Below the pieces are notes generated by a model. That model saw only the letters and a program-made list of their open reading frames with translations. It made no database searches and was not told the DNA's origin. A stretch of DNA of 63,706 nucleotides, counting the filler, from Octopus bimaculoides (lineage: Eukaryota): assembly GCF_001194135.2 (NCBI RefSeq). It is 5 parts of 5 records of this genome, joined end to end, with 100 filler letters (N's around TTAATTAATTAA, not from the genome) between each part and the next. Parts side by side here need not be neighbours in the genome. Positions count along the whole stretch, not along the records: positions 10,050 to 40,606 come from NC_068991.1; 4 more parts are not named here. The stretch is one strand, 5' to 3'. This document shows positions 24,610 to 38,117 of this stretch, piece after piece; the first letter of the stretch is position 1; each line of letters begins with the position of its first letter. A program made the position numbers and the translations under genes.

Positions 24610-25155
24610 GTTTCAAATTTTACCACAAGGGCATCAATTTTAGAGGAGGGGATGAGTCGATTACATCGACCCAGTGTTCAACTAGTACTTATTTTATAGA
24701 CTCCGAAAGGATGAAAGGCAAAGTGAAATTTGAACTCAGAACGTAAAGACGGACGAAATACCGCTAAGCATCTCGCCCGGTGTGCTAAACAACAACAGCA
24801 ACGACAACAACAACAACAACAACAAAAACAACGGTAATAGTAACAATCTTTTCTACTATAGGCGCAAGGTCTGAAATTTTAGGGGAGGGGTTAAGTCGAT
24901 TATATCGAGACTCAACTGTTACTTAATTCATAATGATAATACATTCTATTACAAGAACAAAACCAAAAGTTTTGTGGGGAGGGCGTAAGTCGATTACGTC
25001 GACTCTAGTACTCAACTGGTATTTAATTTATTGACACTGAAAGGATCAGAGGCAAAGATGACCTCGGTGGAATTTGATCTCAGAACGGGAAGATGGACGA
25101 AGTGCCGCTAAGCATTTTGCCCGGCGTGCTAACGATTTTGCCGGCTCACCGCCTT
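24610..25155 (-). mobile_element. Cluster of two to three SINE family B copies
   Basis: Repeated gaaaggat.aaaggcaaag...gaatttga.ctcagaacg...ccgctaagcat. Confidence 0.75.
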
Positions 25156-26269
25156 AGTAGTAGTAGTAGTAGTAGAAATGGTAATAATAATCATAATAAT
25201 ACGCAACGAATACCAAACAGCATGGTTGTGTGACAGCGAGCTGCCGGGAAGATAGATCAAATTTGAAACCATAACGAAACAGGAATTAAGAATCCACAAA
25301 ACGATGTTAGAAAACTATGTTTTAATGTAAGCTATCTCAAGAAACTGAAAGATTTTTCTTATATGGAGTATTTATACATATATACAAAAAATAGCTTCCC
25401 CCAAATGCACTGCCACAGCAACATGTGCGTAAAAATGTAAACACACGGACTGCAATATTTCTATACGAAAACTACAAACCTGTGAGTAACATTTTAATTA
25501 CATTCACATCCATATTTATGCAAGACCTCTCTCTATATATATATATGCACATTGCTGTTTCTTCTCGGTTTCTTGCTGATACATCAATGATAATTATAAC
25601 TACGAAAGAAACATCAACTCATGTCCGGTGTTCAGTTAAAAAAGTAAACGCTGTAAAAACGAGCCCATAACAAAACCAACCAAAAGAGAAAGAACGGTGG
25701 ACAGATAACCAGAAATACTATCAATTAGTTGATTTATGATTTTCACACACTACTATGCAATATTCCTCCAAAAACATACAGGAATATACTCATACTGTAC
25801 ATACCCAACAAAATGAACAAAGCCCACAACATGTACCATAGAAGGCTGATACCCGATAGAAGAACACAACCTGCGCTGCACAAACAACACACAAAAAAAA
25901 AAAAACTAATGCAACAGAAGGCTCAAACCAAATCCCATAACAAAACATATTGATACAATGCAACATCCCCTCACCAAAGGAAAAAAAGAAAATGCAGCAC
26001 ACACTCCATCCCACCAGCACAAAAGTGCAACAAATGGTGCAATAGAAAATTGCTTGAGACTATCAGATGTCGAAAAATAATAGTGGTGATGACGTTGGAG
26101 ATGAACGATACCTTATCTCAGTTTATGAGAGAAGGAGTTTCCGAAGAAACTCTGATTGTAACAGCGAAAATGAAGCTAGATCTTTAAAGGTAGGTCTCTC
26201 GCTCAGCAGTGGTTCAGTAAAGATGCAGACTCACCACAGCTCTTATCTTGATACAGCATCAGCAAATAA

Positions 26270-26580
26270 TAGAGTAAGGAGGAGGAAGTGGACCAGGATA
26301 GTGATGCAGTGCCACTTAGTAAGTGAACCTAAAAGAAGGGGCTATAGAAAACAGATGTTAACACTTTGGGTAGAGAAGTATATGTCTAAAGGGACTGAAC
26401 AGAGATTAGGTGATCAAGTTAATGCTATTAGGAGAAGAAAGTGGATGACAGAAGTGGTGGTAGAAGAGATCACAAGAGAATTAGAAAAGAAAGACCAGGC
26501 AGTGGGAAAGACAAACAACAACATAAGAGATACACCTCAAACCAAAGAACAACTCAAAGGAACAAATGATCGCTAATTGT
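26270..26580 (+). mobile_element. Dong/R4-type non-LTR retrotransposon N-terminal fragment
   Basis: RRKWT..VMQCHLVSEPKRRGYRKQMLTLW...TEQRLGDQVNAIRRRKWMTEVVVEEI resembles the R4/Dong N-terminus (recalled, not searched). Confidence 0.65.
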
Positions 26581-27265
26581 TATAGACGTGTATGTAGCTG
26601 TGAGCAGATATAGACACGCGGTCAGTTTTCTCGTCCTTGACTCAGTGGCACATTCGGGATGGCACAACTGGAGGAAGAGAGAGATGTAAGAGTATTCGGT
26701 TGGTGCTCGTTTTCAGCTCTGAGTAGACTGGATTCACGTGAAATGTCTTGTTCAATTCACACAATGCGTCTCCAGATCTTGAAATCGAACCTATGACATT
26801 AAGATCGTGAGCCGAATACCCACTAACCACTTGGTCACGCACACTCACTAAATTCATACTACTGAGGAAGTAATTTTGAAGTACACAGATTTTTCCACTT
26901 TGAACAACATTTCTCTATTGCTTGCTAAACCTGTAGACTACACCTTTTGAAAGTCACAGGAAAAAAAGAATGATTTTTTTTAAGCAACAACAACTGCAGC
27001 AGCATCAATTACAACAAGTACGCCACTACAAAATCTACAACAACAGCAGCGTTATAATGAAATAAAAATATAAGATCGTCATCCAAACAGATAAAGAAAC
27101 AACAAAAAAATAATAAATATATAAAATGAAATTCGTTTTCCCACCTTCATTCCACCATATAATATTTTAAAATATTCATTGGTTTCCTTGTCATTTTTTT
27201 CTAAAGACTTTTATATAGCTTCTGTACGCATATATAGGTGCATTAATGCGGTGGTGATGACGCTG

Positions 27266-27330
<65 letters not shown>

Positions 27331-27461
27331 TCTTTAATGGAATCCATTTATCTATTCAATCGTCTTTACTCAAAGTACATCTAGAAATATTAAAAGAATT
27401 AGCAAGATATCGCTAAAGCTTCTACCACCGGCATCAGAATATCTGGAGTAGCATCATCCTT

Positions 27462-27520
<59 letters not shown>

Positions 27521-29109
27521 ACTAACTAACCACCACCATAATCAATACCACTGCAAAACAAAATATCTACAAGAAAGCTCATGCATGGTCACACTATCTT
27601 GTAGAAATAACAACTAAATCTCCCTTAAACTATACATTGCAGTCTTTAAAATGGAAGGACATTTCATAATGTAGTCCAAGATACATACTTTACAGTATAT
27701 CTGAAATACTGACGGTATGGGTATGGCTGGAAAACTTATGATTATAGGTCTGTTTGATTAGAGCTGATTTGGAACTAAGCAAAAACACTAACGATGGTGG
27801 CCGAGGGATGAAAGCCTTTTTGATTAGATCCGGCCTGGAGTTTAAACAGCAGCTCCTACAACAAGACTTACTGATTATGACAAGTGTCTAAGAACAAAAA
27901 AAAAACAGCAAAAATATATAGAATTCCAGCATGAGAGCAACTCACAAAGTGGTGCTCAGAGGAATCAACGAAAATGATCCTTTAACCATTATACTCATAT
28001 TTTTGGATGAAGTCTTGGAAAAGACATGAAAGAAATAAGTCTACTGTTGTCTAATCCGGTAGCAATTAAATGAAACAGATCTATAATCAGCAAAATCCAG
28101 CTGTGACCCCTGTGATTTTCTTTTTGAGGGAGGTTAGACATAGTATCTAAGACTACATTATCTAATGTGGGAATCATTTTTTTAAGGCTGGTATTTTATG
28201 GTGAGTTTCAGGAGATATGGCTGCTATTTCTACTAGTTTCAGCAGCTGAGTTGAGTCCTTCTCGTTGGTTCTACACATCTTGAATTTTTATCAAGGAAAG
28301 TCACTGAAATGGAAATGGCTAAATATTTCACAGACAAGTGAATCATTTAGTAAAATCGGGCAAACGTACACACACACAGTGCGCGCGCACACACAATGAC
28401 CCACACAAAAACAAACATACACATACACACACACATGCATATGCATTATATGTGCGTGAGTGTGTGTGTATATACACACACGCACACATATATTCACACA
28501 CACACATGTGTGCGTATGTGTGCTTGTGCGTTAATGCTTGTTTTTATGTTCAGTTATGATAAAAACAAATTTGCATTACCTTTTGTAGTGTACAAGTTTA
28601 TTACTCTTCAGCAATAATAGTATTGACAGTGACTTCGAAGTTCAGAATTTATTAATGCATGTAGAACTTTGAAACAGGTATGTATTAGGTCGTCAAGTAT
28701 GAAATTTGTATATAGTAAACTTTGACAGCTGCTCATTTTGCGCCATTATTATATTTTGACAATCTTTATTTTTTGTTAGAAAGCTGATACATCTATTTCT
28801 TTATTCTAACCCCTTTTGTGCTTTATAAAGTATTTATAAATCGTTTTTTGCTATTTTTGTTTAGCGGTGGATAAGTCGGAAATTCGTACAGTTTATATAT
28901 ATATATATTAAACATATACATGTGTGTGTTATGTATGTGTATTTTGTTTTTGTATTTGATTTGACATAATGATCCCCTCGACATACAATATATACGTGTG
29001 TGTATGCGTGTATTTAAGTATATAACTATGTATGTATCTATGCTTGGGTTTGGGAATGCAAACAGATAAATAAAACTGAAAACATGAATATATATTCTTG
29101 TTTTCTTTT

Positions 29110-29270
29110 ATTTGTTTCAGTCATTTGATTGTGGCCATGCTGGGGCACTGCGTCTAGTCGAACAAATCGACCCCAGGACTTATTCTTAGTGAGCCTAGTA
29201 CTTATTCTATCGTTATGTTTTGCCGAACTGCTAAGTTATGGGGACGTAAACACACCAACAACGGTTGGCG
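29110..29270 (+). mobile_element. SINE-like family C
   Basis: tttcagtcatttgattgtggccatgctgggg...gaccccaggactta...gccgaactgctaagttatggggacgtaaacacacc. Confidence 0.8.
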
Positions 29271-29412
29271 TTAATTACAGAGTGACTCAAGTGCCGAGAG
29301 TTTCGTGTTTCACTTATTTATTGCACGAAACTCTCGGCCCTTAAGACACTTCGTAATTTCTGCCAATTTTTAATTAAAAAAAAACGAATGTATAAAAGTG
29401 CGCGTGTGTGTT

Positions 29413-29463
<51 letters not shown>

Positions 29464-30435
29464 GCATGCATACATACATATATGTATATATATATATACA
29501 TATATATACAAGCAGCTATCCGATGATATCCAAGCTGAGTTGGATCTATAAATTGTTTTTAATTAAGAATTAGATTTCCCACGAAAAATTACCTTTCATG
29601 TAAGAAATTGTATTATCATCCAATACGTTTGTGGCAGGATTATGTGTAAAGTACTGTAGAACTGATATACGCTCAATATTTATAGCTATATTTCGTTATT
29701 TATTTGAATAAACGCATGTATCTGATTCAAGTAAATGAAGTTAGAATACAAGATTAAATAAATCCGCATTAATCCTGTTTAATAAATGAGAATGTATACT
29801 TTATCTTCTGTTTTTGAAAAATTTTCTTAACTTATTAAAATGATTTGGTGAATGATTAGAAACTGAATTGTAGGTAAGTGAACCGCTCTTACAATTACAA
29901 TTATTCTTATAATTTTCGAAAACTGTAACGCCGAGGGTGAAGTCTAAAACTCACAAAAACTGAAACTACAATACATACAATAACGGCTTCAAATTTTGGT
30001 GCAAGGACAGCAGTTCTAGTGGAGGTGGCTAAGTCTATTACATGACCCAAGAACTTAATTAGTGCTTATTTCATCGACCCCGAAAGGGATGAAAAGCAAA
30101 GTCAACCCTGGGCTGAATTTGAACTCAAAACGTAATGAATTGGAAGAAATACTGCAAAGCATTTTTTTCGACGTTCTAACAATTCTGTCAGCTCGCCACC
30201 TTAATGCATACAATAATAGAAATATATTAAGGCGTTACGATGAGCACCAGACTATATGATATTAAGTGTGTAACCTTCATAGCCTTGGAAATGCTGAACA
30301 TACGCGTATCATTGTCACAGGATACTCAAAATTTTTATTTCACCAAAAGGGACGTAAGTAAAGAGATTATTGGTTGGGGTTCCAACACTTGAACATCTTA
30401 CACAAAATTGGCAATGAGCAAAGCAGGACACTTAA

Positions 30436-30650
30436 CCATTGAGCATTTAATCCAGCCATATCAGGCCCAAATATTCTACCTGTTTTATGTTCAAATTGGC
30501 CAGATCCAACATCTCACACCTACCCTGGAATGTAATTCTAAAAATATACAAACACACCATTGAAATCTTGACCTTACAAGATAATGCATGATTAATTCAA
30601 AACAATGTGAATAAATAAGCATTACGTTTGAGAATTTGAATGTTGAAGGG
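30436..30650 (-). mobile_element. TTAA-flanked (piggyBac-like) MITE
   Basis: ttaa at 30432-30435 and after gaaggg at 30651-30654; body matches 8128-8350. Confidence 0.65.
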
Positions 30651-33600
30651 TTAACGATTCAGATTCCTCAAACTGTCAGTGTTTACCATTGAAATTGATT
30701 GAATTGATTGACATGGGAAATCTTAAATGTTCCGGAAAGGGGATATATGTTGGTATGAGTGGAATGTTGGGCATATTCTCCTTTGGTCTCCCAAGGGAGA
30801 TAAGTGTTCTTGATGACATGTAGCATAAACTTCTTAATTAGATTTCTGCCATTACAGAGCCGCAACATAATTGGGGATAATTATTTTAAAGCTGAAATCT
30901 GTGTAGGTGGCAGACTTGAAAGTTCCAATGAATTTTAAAATTCAGCAAGACAGTGAACTATTTCTTCCTAATCCATCACTGCGTCCATTGATTTCATGCT
31001 ATGACTATATTTCCTAGATATAACTGCAACAAATGTCAGCTGATCCTGTTACCTAAATCTTCTTATTCGCAAATTGTGTTAATGATGTTACAGGATGAGG
31101 AGAACCTTCGATATGAATTTGTTTGCTATCTAAGCCATTGTGCTCACAGGAGCAGGATCCATGACATTATTGTTGGAAGGAAATCTTCCTTCTCTAACTT
31201 GTAAAAAAGGTTTTGGCAAAATAACCGGACAGCTCATCTTCACAAAGATAGGTTCACATGTTTCTAGACTTAACACTGTCATCTAGCTGCAGCATTTACG
31301 GAGTCCACTTTATTGCAAGCATCCAGGCCAATTTGCGTTTTGAGAATACCTTCCTTCCTACTTCCCACCAGTTTCAAGGCCTTGAAAAAGGTCATAGGCT
31401 CTGCTTCTTATCTCCTGATTAAGCGTTAAACAAATTAATGGACAAATACCGTTGTGCTTAACCAGAAAAATTACATATTTATTTATGCTCGCTTTGAAAG
31501 TTCCGACCTAATTACTGCAAAAATAACAAACGATTAACTAATTTACTGTTTATTTTGTGTGTCCACAAGGGAAACACTTTGATTTGTTGCCCTATTGTCA
31601 GGTCAGTGGGTGGAAAGGCTACAGAACAACGGACACGAACTCACAATGTCACAGTTGTAAAACCTCACATAATGCAGCCATTGCGGTTTCTCACAGTCTG
31701 TACGCCTCATTTCACAATGTTTGCATAAATATGTATGGAGTTAAAAGAACGTGAGATGTATTGGTCTAAAAGAAATGAATTGCTATGTTGAGCGAGTAAT
31801 GATGTGTAATGACTAGAGATGCTAATATAATGTAATGGGCTACATGGGATGTTCTGCTACAAAGGAATACGTAATTGGAAACAAATACAGCAGTTAGATG
31901 AATTCCAACGATAAATACAGATTAATAAACACTACAAAGGAACAATGGCGAACACGTCAGATGGAATTTTGTAGTCGACGGCTTTAGTTGTTGGAACATT
32001 ATGTTATATGATATAGAAACAGAAAAGAAATTACTCAAACACACATAAACACACACACACACACATACACATACACATACGCACGCACGCACGCACATGT
32101 ATTTATGTATACAAACCACAGAAAAAAGACTGCAATAGATGTAATAATGTTTATGTGTTTATGTGAAGCTGAAGCTTCAATTTAAATAGATTTTTTTTGT
32201 TACTGTCTTATACAGTAATCAGCACATAAATCCATACTCACACATGCACACAACTACACACACACACACACACACGTTCGCGCGCGCGTATATATGTATA
32301 TATATGTGTGTATACACATATTGTATGTGCGTAGCCTTCCACTTCTATCCAAAGCGTTTTTAACCCACCATTTACATGTTATTAATTATAGCTTTTTCTG
32401 TTTCGAGTTTCATAACTCCCAAGAAGTATTAATATATATATATATATANNNNNNNNNNNNNNNNNNNNNNNNNNNNNNNNNNNNNNNNNNNNNNNNNNNN
32501 NNNNNNNNNATATATGCATAGACGTATATATGTTTATTATATATACATATGTACGTATACATATCTATATAAAAGTATGTATGTATATATATATATATGG
32601 CAAGAAAAAGGCGTATTTGACAGGTAAACATCAATTTATTAACATATTGTTAATTTCATACTACCTACAATTGTTTCCATAAGTAATTCAGTCAAATTAC
32701 AAATAATAAATTAAAGATGCATTTTGAATATAGTGAGTTGAATATTTCTTCAGAGTGAAAAATCGACACAAAAAGGAATCACATCTTAATCGATCGAGTG
32801 ATTATCGACACTCATCATATCAACTTTCGTTTATTTATGTGTGCGTGTTAATGTTTTCTTTTTTTAAACCGTTACATGTGTATATGCAATTTTGTTTTTG
32901 TTTTTATTTTTGTGTGTGTGTGTGTGTGTGTGTTAACATATTTGAAAACTGAGGAACCGTTAGATTTGCATATATAATACTTTTCAATACAGTTAACGGT
33001 GAATAAATCTATTTATTTCCTAAATTTCTATTATTAATTGTGAGAGTATGAAATGCTAATATAGTTTATATATTAGTTAATTAAAAAATATTTTCTAAGT
33101 TACTTAGTCATAATTGTTGGTGTTAAGAGTTAATCGTTAATTTTTAAATTAATTAGATTTTTACTATTAATCCTGGTTATTGGTTATTGTGTATCACGTG
33201 GCCGTGATGGATTCAATTTACTTACTATAATATGGTAGTTGCATTCTACGTCATCAAATTTGTGTTATACATATTTTATTTATTATTATATTTATAAGAC
33301 AAGTACAATACGACAATATTCGAGAAATGCATTATTATTCACAAAATTATATCTATTAAACAAATCAGTTTATACCATACTTCACTTTTTTATTTAACTT
33401 TTATTTTAATTATATTTTAAAATACTTACTTATATCTATTAGATAATCAGTTTGTATTTTCAACCACTTTTTATGTAACTGTAGTTTTTAAATACATATT
33501 TATAGGTATGTACTTAGGATATCCTTTTTCTCTCCTACAGTTAAGAAGTTTGCGTTTAGGTGTTAAAATTTGGAAATTTTCATCAATACAAAAATTGCAG

Positions 33601-34848
33601 TGATTATTTCTTATTTTATAGGAATAAATATGGCTTGTAATTTCCCACTTTAGGTTATACTCTTTATTTTTGTCCTTTAATTTCCAAATTAATTTGCTGG
33701 ATGATTTATTTCTGTTTCTAAATGTGTTTTCATGGTTGGTAATTTACTTATTTATATAATTTTCTGTGGCACTTATGTAAAAATAATCTATACCTTCAGA
33801 TTCCACTTTACATCTATATATTGCTTGCAACAATTTTTAAACAAACAATTATCTTTAAATTTGCAACCGTAACCTATATTTTTATTTTTATTTATAGAAT
33901 TGCAGACAGTATTATTTTTGCTTATAGCGTTAGCTTTTTGGTTAAGACAAGATACTACGTGGGTTGTTTTCCTTTCCTTTCTAGAAGTTTTATTTGCACG
34001 TACTCTATAATTTATGTTATTCTGTAAGGAATCGGTACTAATTTAAACCGTATTATCATAGAAACTAGTTAACTTGTTATTATGAAGTGAAGATATAAAC
34101 TGAGAAATATTTGTTGAGACAAAAAAATCCAATTCGGAGTTTATTCATATTTATTATGTCATATTTACTTTTCTTAGTATAGTGTCTGGGAAATAGTTTG
34201 TAAAGATATTTAACTAAGTTACTTTAAATTTGTTTTGTGAATGGAATTATTAACCATATAATATTATTTTTATCAGAAATTCTGTTATAATTATCTATTT
34301 GCGAGTCAATTTTATGTATACATGGGGTATGTCATTTTATTTTATTTTTATGAATATCATTACTAAGGTCTTGGGTATACATTTCTTTATTGACTTTAAT
34401 CTTATCTATTTTTTTTTATTTATGTATTCAAAATTATTACCATTATAGACGTTGTTATAATATATGGTCCTAGGTCTTTTGATTTCATTACTAACATTTA
34501 GATTTATTTGTTCTATATTATTATCGTTCTTGCTGTATACGTTTTACTCACTAATTTCAGCATGTAGGATATCATTGTTATTTAGTGTATATTTATTTTT
34601 ACCCATATTTTTATTTTTTCTAGATCTTTTAAATTTTTGGTTATTTTACCTAAGTTATTCCTATCACTGTAGTTTTCATTCGGTGCATAATATTTTAGCT
34701 TTTGTTTATATCCCGACTTACTAAGTGCCATGTTGTAATAGTCTACGTTATTGTTGAAAATTTCAACGTTTGATGATGGATTTGATATACTTTTTGATAT
34801 ATTCCAGATCATAGAATTCTTGATAGATCTTGGATGATTACTTCCGAT

Positions 34849-35226
34849 TATTTACATTATTTACATTATTTACATTTGACGGTTATTTGTCCTCATCTTT
34901 GTTGTTAGCACAACGTTTCGGCTGATATAACCTCCAGCCTTCGTCAGGTGTCTTGGGAAATTTCGAACCTGGGTTCTCATTCCTAACGATGTTACTATTA
35001 TTATATTATTATTATTATCATTATTATTACTATTATTAATCAGGTCGCTACCGTGAATCGCGCTCTTAACCACTACGCCATATGCCCATGGGCAATTATG
35101 GAGTGAATTTTAGGGCTTATAAATCTATTATTTTTCTATCCTTCCTCAATACCGGTTCCCATATCCGTCAAATGTAAATAATGTAAATAATGTAAATAAT
35201 TCCTCATCTCTTAAATATAGAACTGT
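34849..35226 (-). mobile_element. Non-autonomous hammerhead-carrying element nested in the PLE
   Basis: 12-bp TSD ATTACTTCCGAT at 34837-34848 and 35227-35238; 34-bp inverted repeat 34849-34882/35165-35198. Confidence 0.85.
34907..34952 (-). ncRNA. Minimal type I hammerhead ribozyme motif (PLE type)
   Basis: Minus strand: GACAC-CTGACGA-A-GGCTG(GAGGTTATAT)CAGCC-GAAAC-GT-T-GTGCT; intact CUGANGA and GAAA core, ACGT palindrome as helix III. Confidence 0.75.
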
Positions 35227-36879
35227 ATTACTTCCGATGTTGATATATTTTAGGTTAGTGTTAGGTTTATGGTAGGATTTATGCTTCTCAGTAACAAGGT
35301 TAAGGTTTACAGATAAGAAGTTGACTGACCCGTGCTCATTTTTTTGATAGTAATAGATAGTCCCAATTTAAAATAAAAATTATAGAATTTCTTCTTATAC
35401 AATTCCAATTTTCTATTAGATTGGTTTTTATGCGTAAAAAGTACATCATCCCTATACAAACCTCCCTAAGTTCAGGAAAATCCTTACTTAAGTTGAATAA
35501 AATATATATACCTACTAGATCAGTGACCTGCGCAGAATCTGCTGATCTCATTGTTATATCAAAGCTATCGTTAGTGTCTTTTTTAATCCATTATTGGTTG
35601 TCAAATTTAATAACCTATTTTCTGGCAGCTAAAATTATGTTAATTTCATCCATAGTTTTGAATTTTTCTCGCAAAAAATAGCTTTGTTTAGTAATATAGG
35701 GTTAATTGAAGAGAAATAATTATGTATTTCAATTTATAAAAATTTGTTTCTATTGTTGTTTTAGATTCCATTAAACCAATGTACTACTTCGTGCGTGTTA
35801 AACCAAAGTTGCAACTTTATTGTTTTCTTAAGTATAGGTGTGTATTTATCGATAATAACTTTTCCCAATTTAGCTGAATATGATTTACCAGGGCAAATTA
35901 ATTTTACTTTCGGGTTACCATAGAAATTGTCCTTGTGGTCCTTTAGAATAATTCAGACCTAATCGTTCATTCTTTGTTTGGATATTAAGTTGATAGCTCT
36001 CAATAAATTTTTATTAGCTATCTTATAACTTTTTGTAATTTCCTTTTTTAGTAGTTCATGATAGTAGTTTATATTTAGATTATAGATGCTACCTGTCTTG
36101 TCCGAGTGTACGATAATATCATCCTTTCTCTTAAGGTCCAGGATTATAGATTTCAGTTTCCTTAAATGTTCATTTCCTCTAAGGGGATATTTCTTAAATT
36201 TAACATTTTTCGCTATTTTCCGCAGTTCATCTTCAAAGCCTGTTAGATGAATATTTGGTGGTGGGTATTTTTTAATCCTAAAGTTTTTCAATCGTGGTGT
36301 CGTCTTTGTTTTTCTATTTTCTCGTCGAAGTAGAATGCTTTCTGCCTGAGTCTATTGATGAATTCTGTTGTTATTGAATCAGATTCTTGATGAATTCCTT
36401 TTTGGGTGAAATTAGTATGTCCTTCATCGATATACCAGTTTCAATTCTCTCCATTTTGCTGTTGGAAGTTTATATTAATTACTCCTGTAGTTATTTTATA
36501 TTTGATATTGTGAGGATATAGATACCTCTTGAAGGGATGTTAGCATCTAAGTTACCCCGGTTTAATCCAATGTATTGGTGAAATACTAAAAATATGTTAG
36601 TTTTATTTCGATATAAATGGGTATAGTTTCATTTTTTTATATGATAAGAAGAAAAAGGAGAGTTTGGTGGATAAACATCAATTTATAAACATATTGTCAA
36701 TTTTAAACTACCTACAATCGTTTCCATATCTAATTCATTCAAATTATAAATAATAAATTAAAGATGCATTTTGAATATAGTGAGTTGAATGTTTCTTCAG
36801 GGTGAGAAATCGACACAAAAAGGAATCACATCTTAATCGAGCAATTGTTTTTGTTTCAGAACACGATCTGAGATGCAAG

Positions 36880-37550
36880 TACATCTCCGTAATTTTTTTA
36901 AAAATTACTGTGGATAAATACCAGCAATGACCTTCTCAGGTCATTTTTTAATTTCTAAACAGAAACAATTAGGGGCAGGGAGTGGGGTTGCAAAAAATTC
37001 ATGATTTCTCAACTTCTCTTTTTTATAGCATATAAATGTATTTATGGGGAAAAAATATTGAAAAACATCAATACATGCGAGAGTGATGGTGAAACGGGGA
37101 GGGTTGTCTTTGGATATGCTAGAAACAACAGACAAATCGTCCTTAAATCACTCACTTTTCCCGAAAATGCTCTTCCCATTGTTTTGAAGTGCAAAAAAAT
37201 TGGTCAAAACAGGTCCGGAGTGGATGATGAGGGAGGGAGTATAAAAAAGAGTTTACAAAACTTTTTCATACAAAGATGCGCCCCACCCCATCATTTCGAA
37301 GGCTGNNNNNNNNNNAAAGGGATTTGTATAAATTTTCCTTAAAAGATACCCGTCTTTCTGAAAGTTATGAGGGAAAGAAGTCAGATCGTGTGAATTTTCC
37401 AAAACTCCTCTCTCCACCCACTCGGAAAAATTCATTCTCATATATCCCTATATACTCTGAAGCCACACCATTTAAGCGGTATTTGTAGAAAATTTTGTTT
37501 AAAAGTATCCATTTTTCTGAATGTTATGAGGCAACAAAGTCGGAGGTGTA
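36880..37550. mobile_element. Putative non-autonomous DNA transposon
   Basis: tacatctccg ... cggaggtgta ends (one mismatch) and subterminal direct repeats tttctgaa.gttatgagg..a.aagtc. Confidence 0.35.
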
Positions 37551-38117
37551 TACATCTGTAGTAATGCCCTTTTATTTATACGATTTTTTCATTTCATGTT
37601 TATTTGATTCATTGTTTGCAATGTTCTTTCTCACACACACACTGCAAAGCTTATAGTTGGGCTGCTGAATTGAAATCTCTATGTTACTTTGAGGGGAAGG
37701 TAAAACTTAACAAACTGCTTCTCCCTTGGTTGTTGGACTACCGTGATGTTTGTTTTAAAAAAAGAGATTATGACTGTGATAAAATAAGGAAAGCAATACT
37801 TACAAAGCAAGTGGGCACTATTACACAAAGAAATAATTAGACGTAAAATATTAAAATTATTAGAATTGGGAATCAAGTGTGAAAATATTACCAAGGGGCT
37901 AGCAGAAAACCGTCCGGAGGGCGGTCTGCTAGTGTATATATATATATATATGAGCAAAATATTTGTGGTAACCAACGGTGAAGGTGATACATGAATGGCT
38001 TCTGAAGAATGGTTAGTGACATCGAATTAAGTAGTTTTGCGAAGTGAATAGGTTATTTGGTATTGGTGGTTATGAGGGGAATAATGGTTGGAGGGGAAGT
38101 GATTGAGGGATTATGCA

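Larger units (their letters stand above)
33520..36480 (-). mobile_element. Penelope-like element (Naiad-like), RT plus GIY-YIG, decayed and interrupted
   Basis: IIVHSDKTGSIYNL, SADSAQVTDLVGIYIL, YINIGSN/HPRSIK, GCKFKDNC, CNFCIDE; many stops and frameshifts. Confidence 0.8.

Noticed and set aside
30690-31400. Possible pogo/Tigger transposase remnant
   Set aside because: No catalytic motif or TIR was recognisable; it is too degraded to support.
32710-32756. Hammerhead-like CTGAAGA-AATAT/ATATT-CAAAATGCATC in the 169-bp repeat
   Set aside because: It lacks G12 of GAAA and any helix I, and helix II is broken in the second copy. At most it is a decayed remnant.
33190-33256. CACGTG and ACGTCA motifs plus a minus-strand GTAAG, suggesting a promoter or first exon
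   Set aside because: Short motifs like these are expected by chance, and there is no linked downstream exon.
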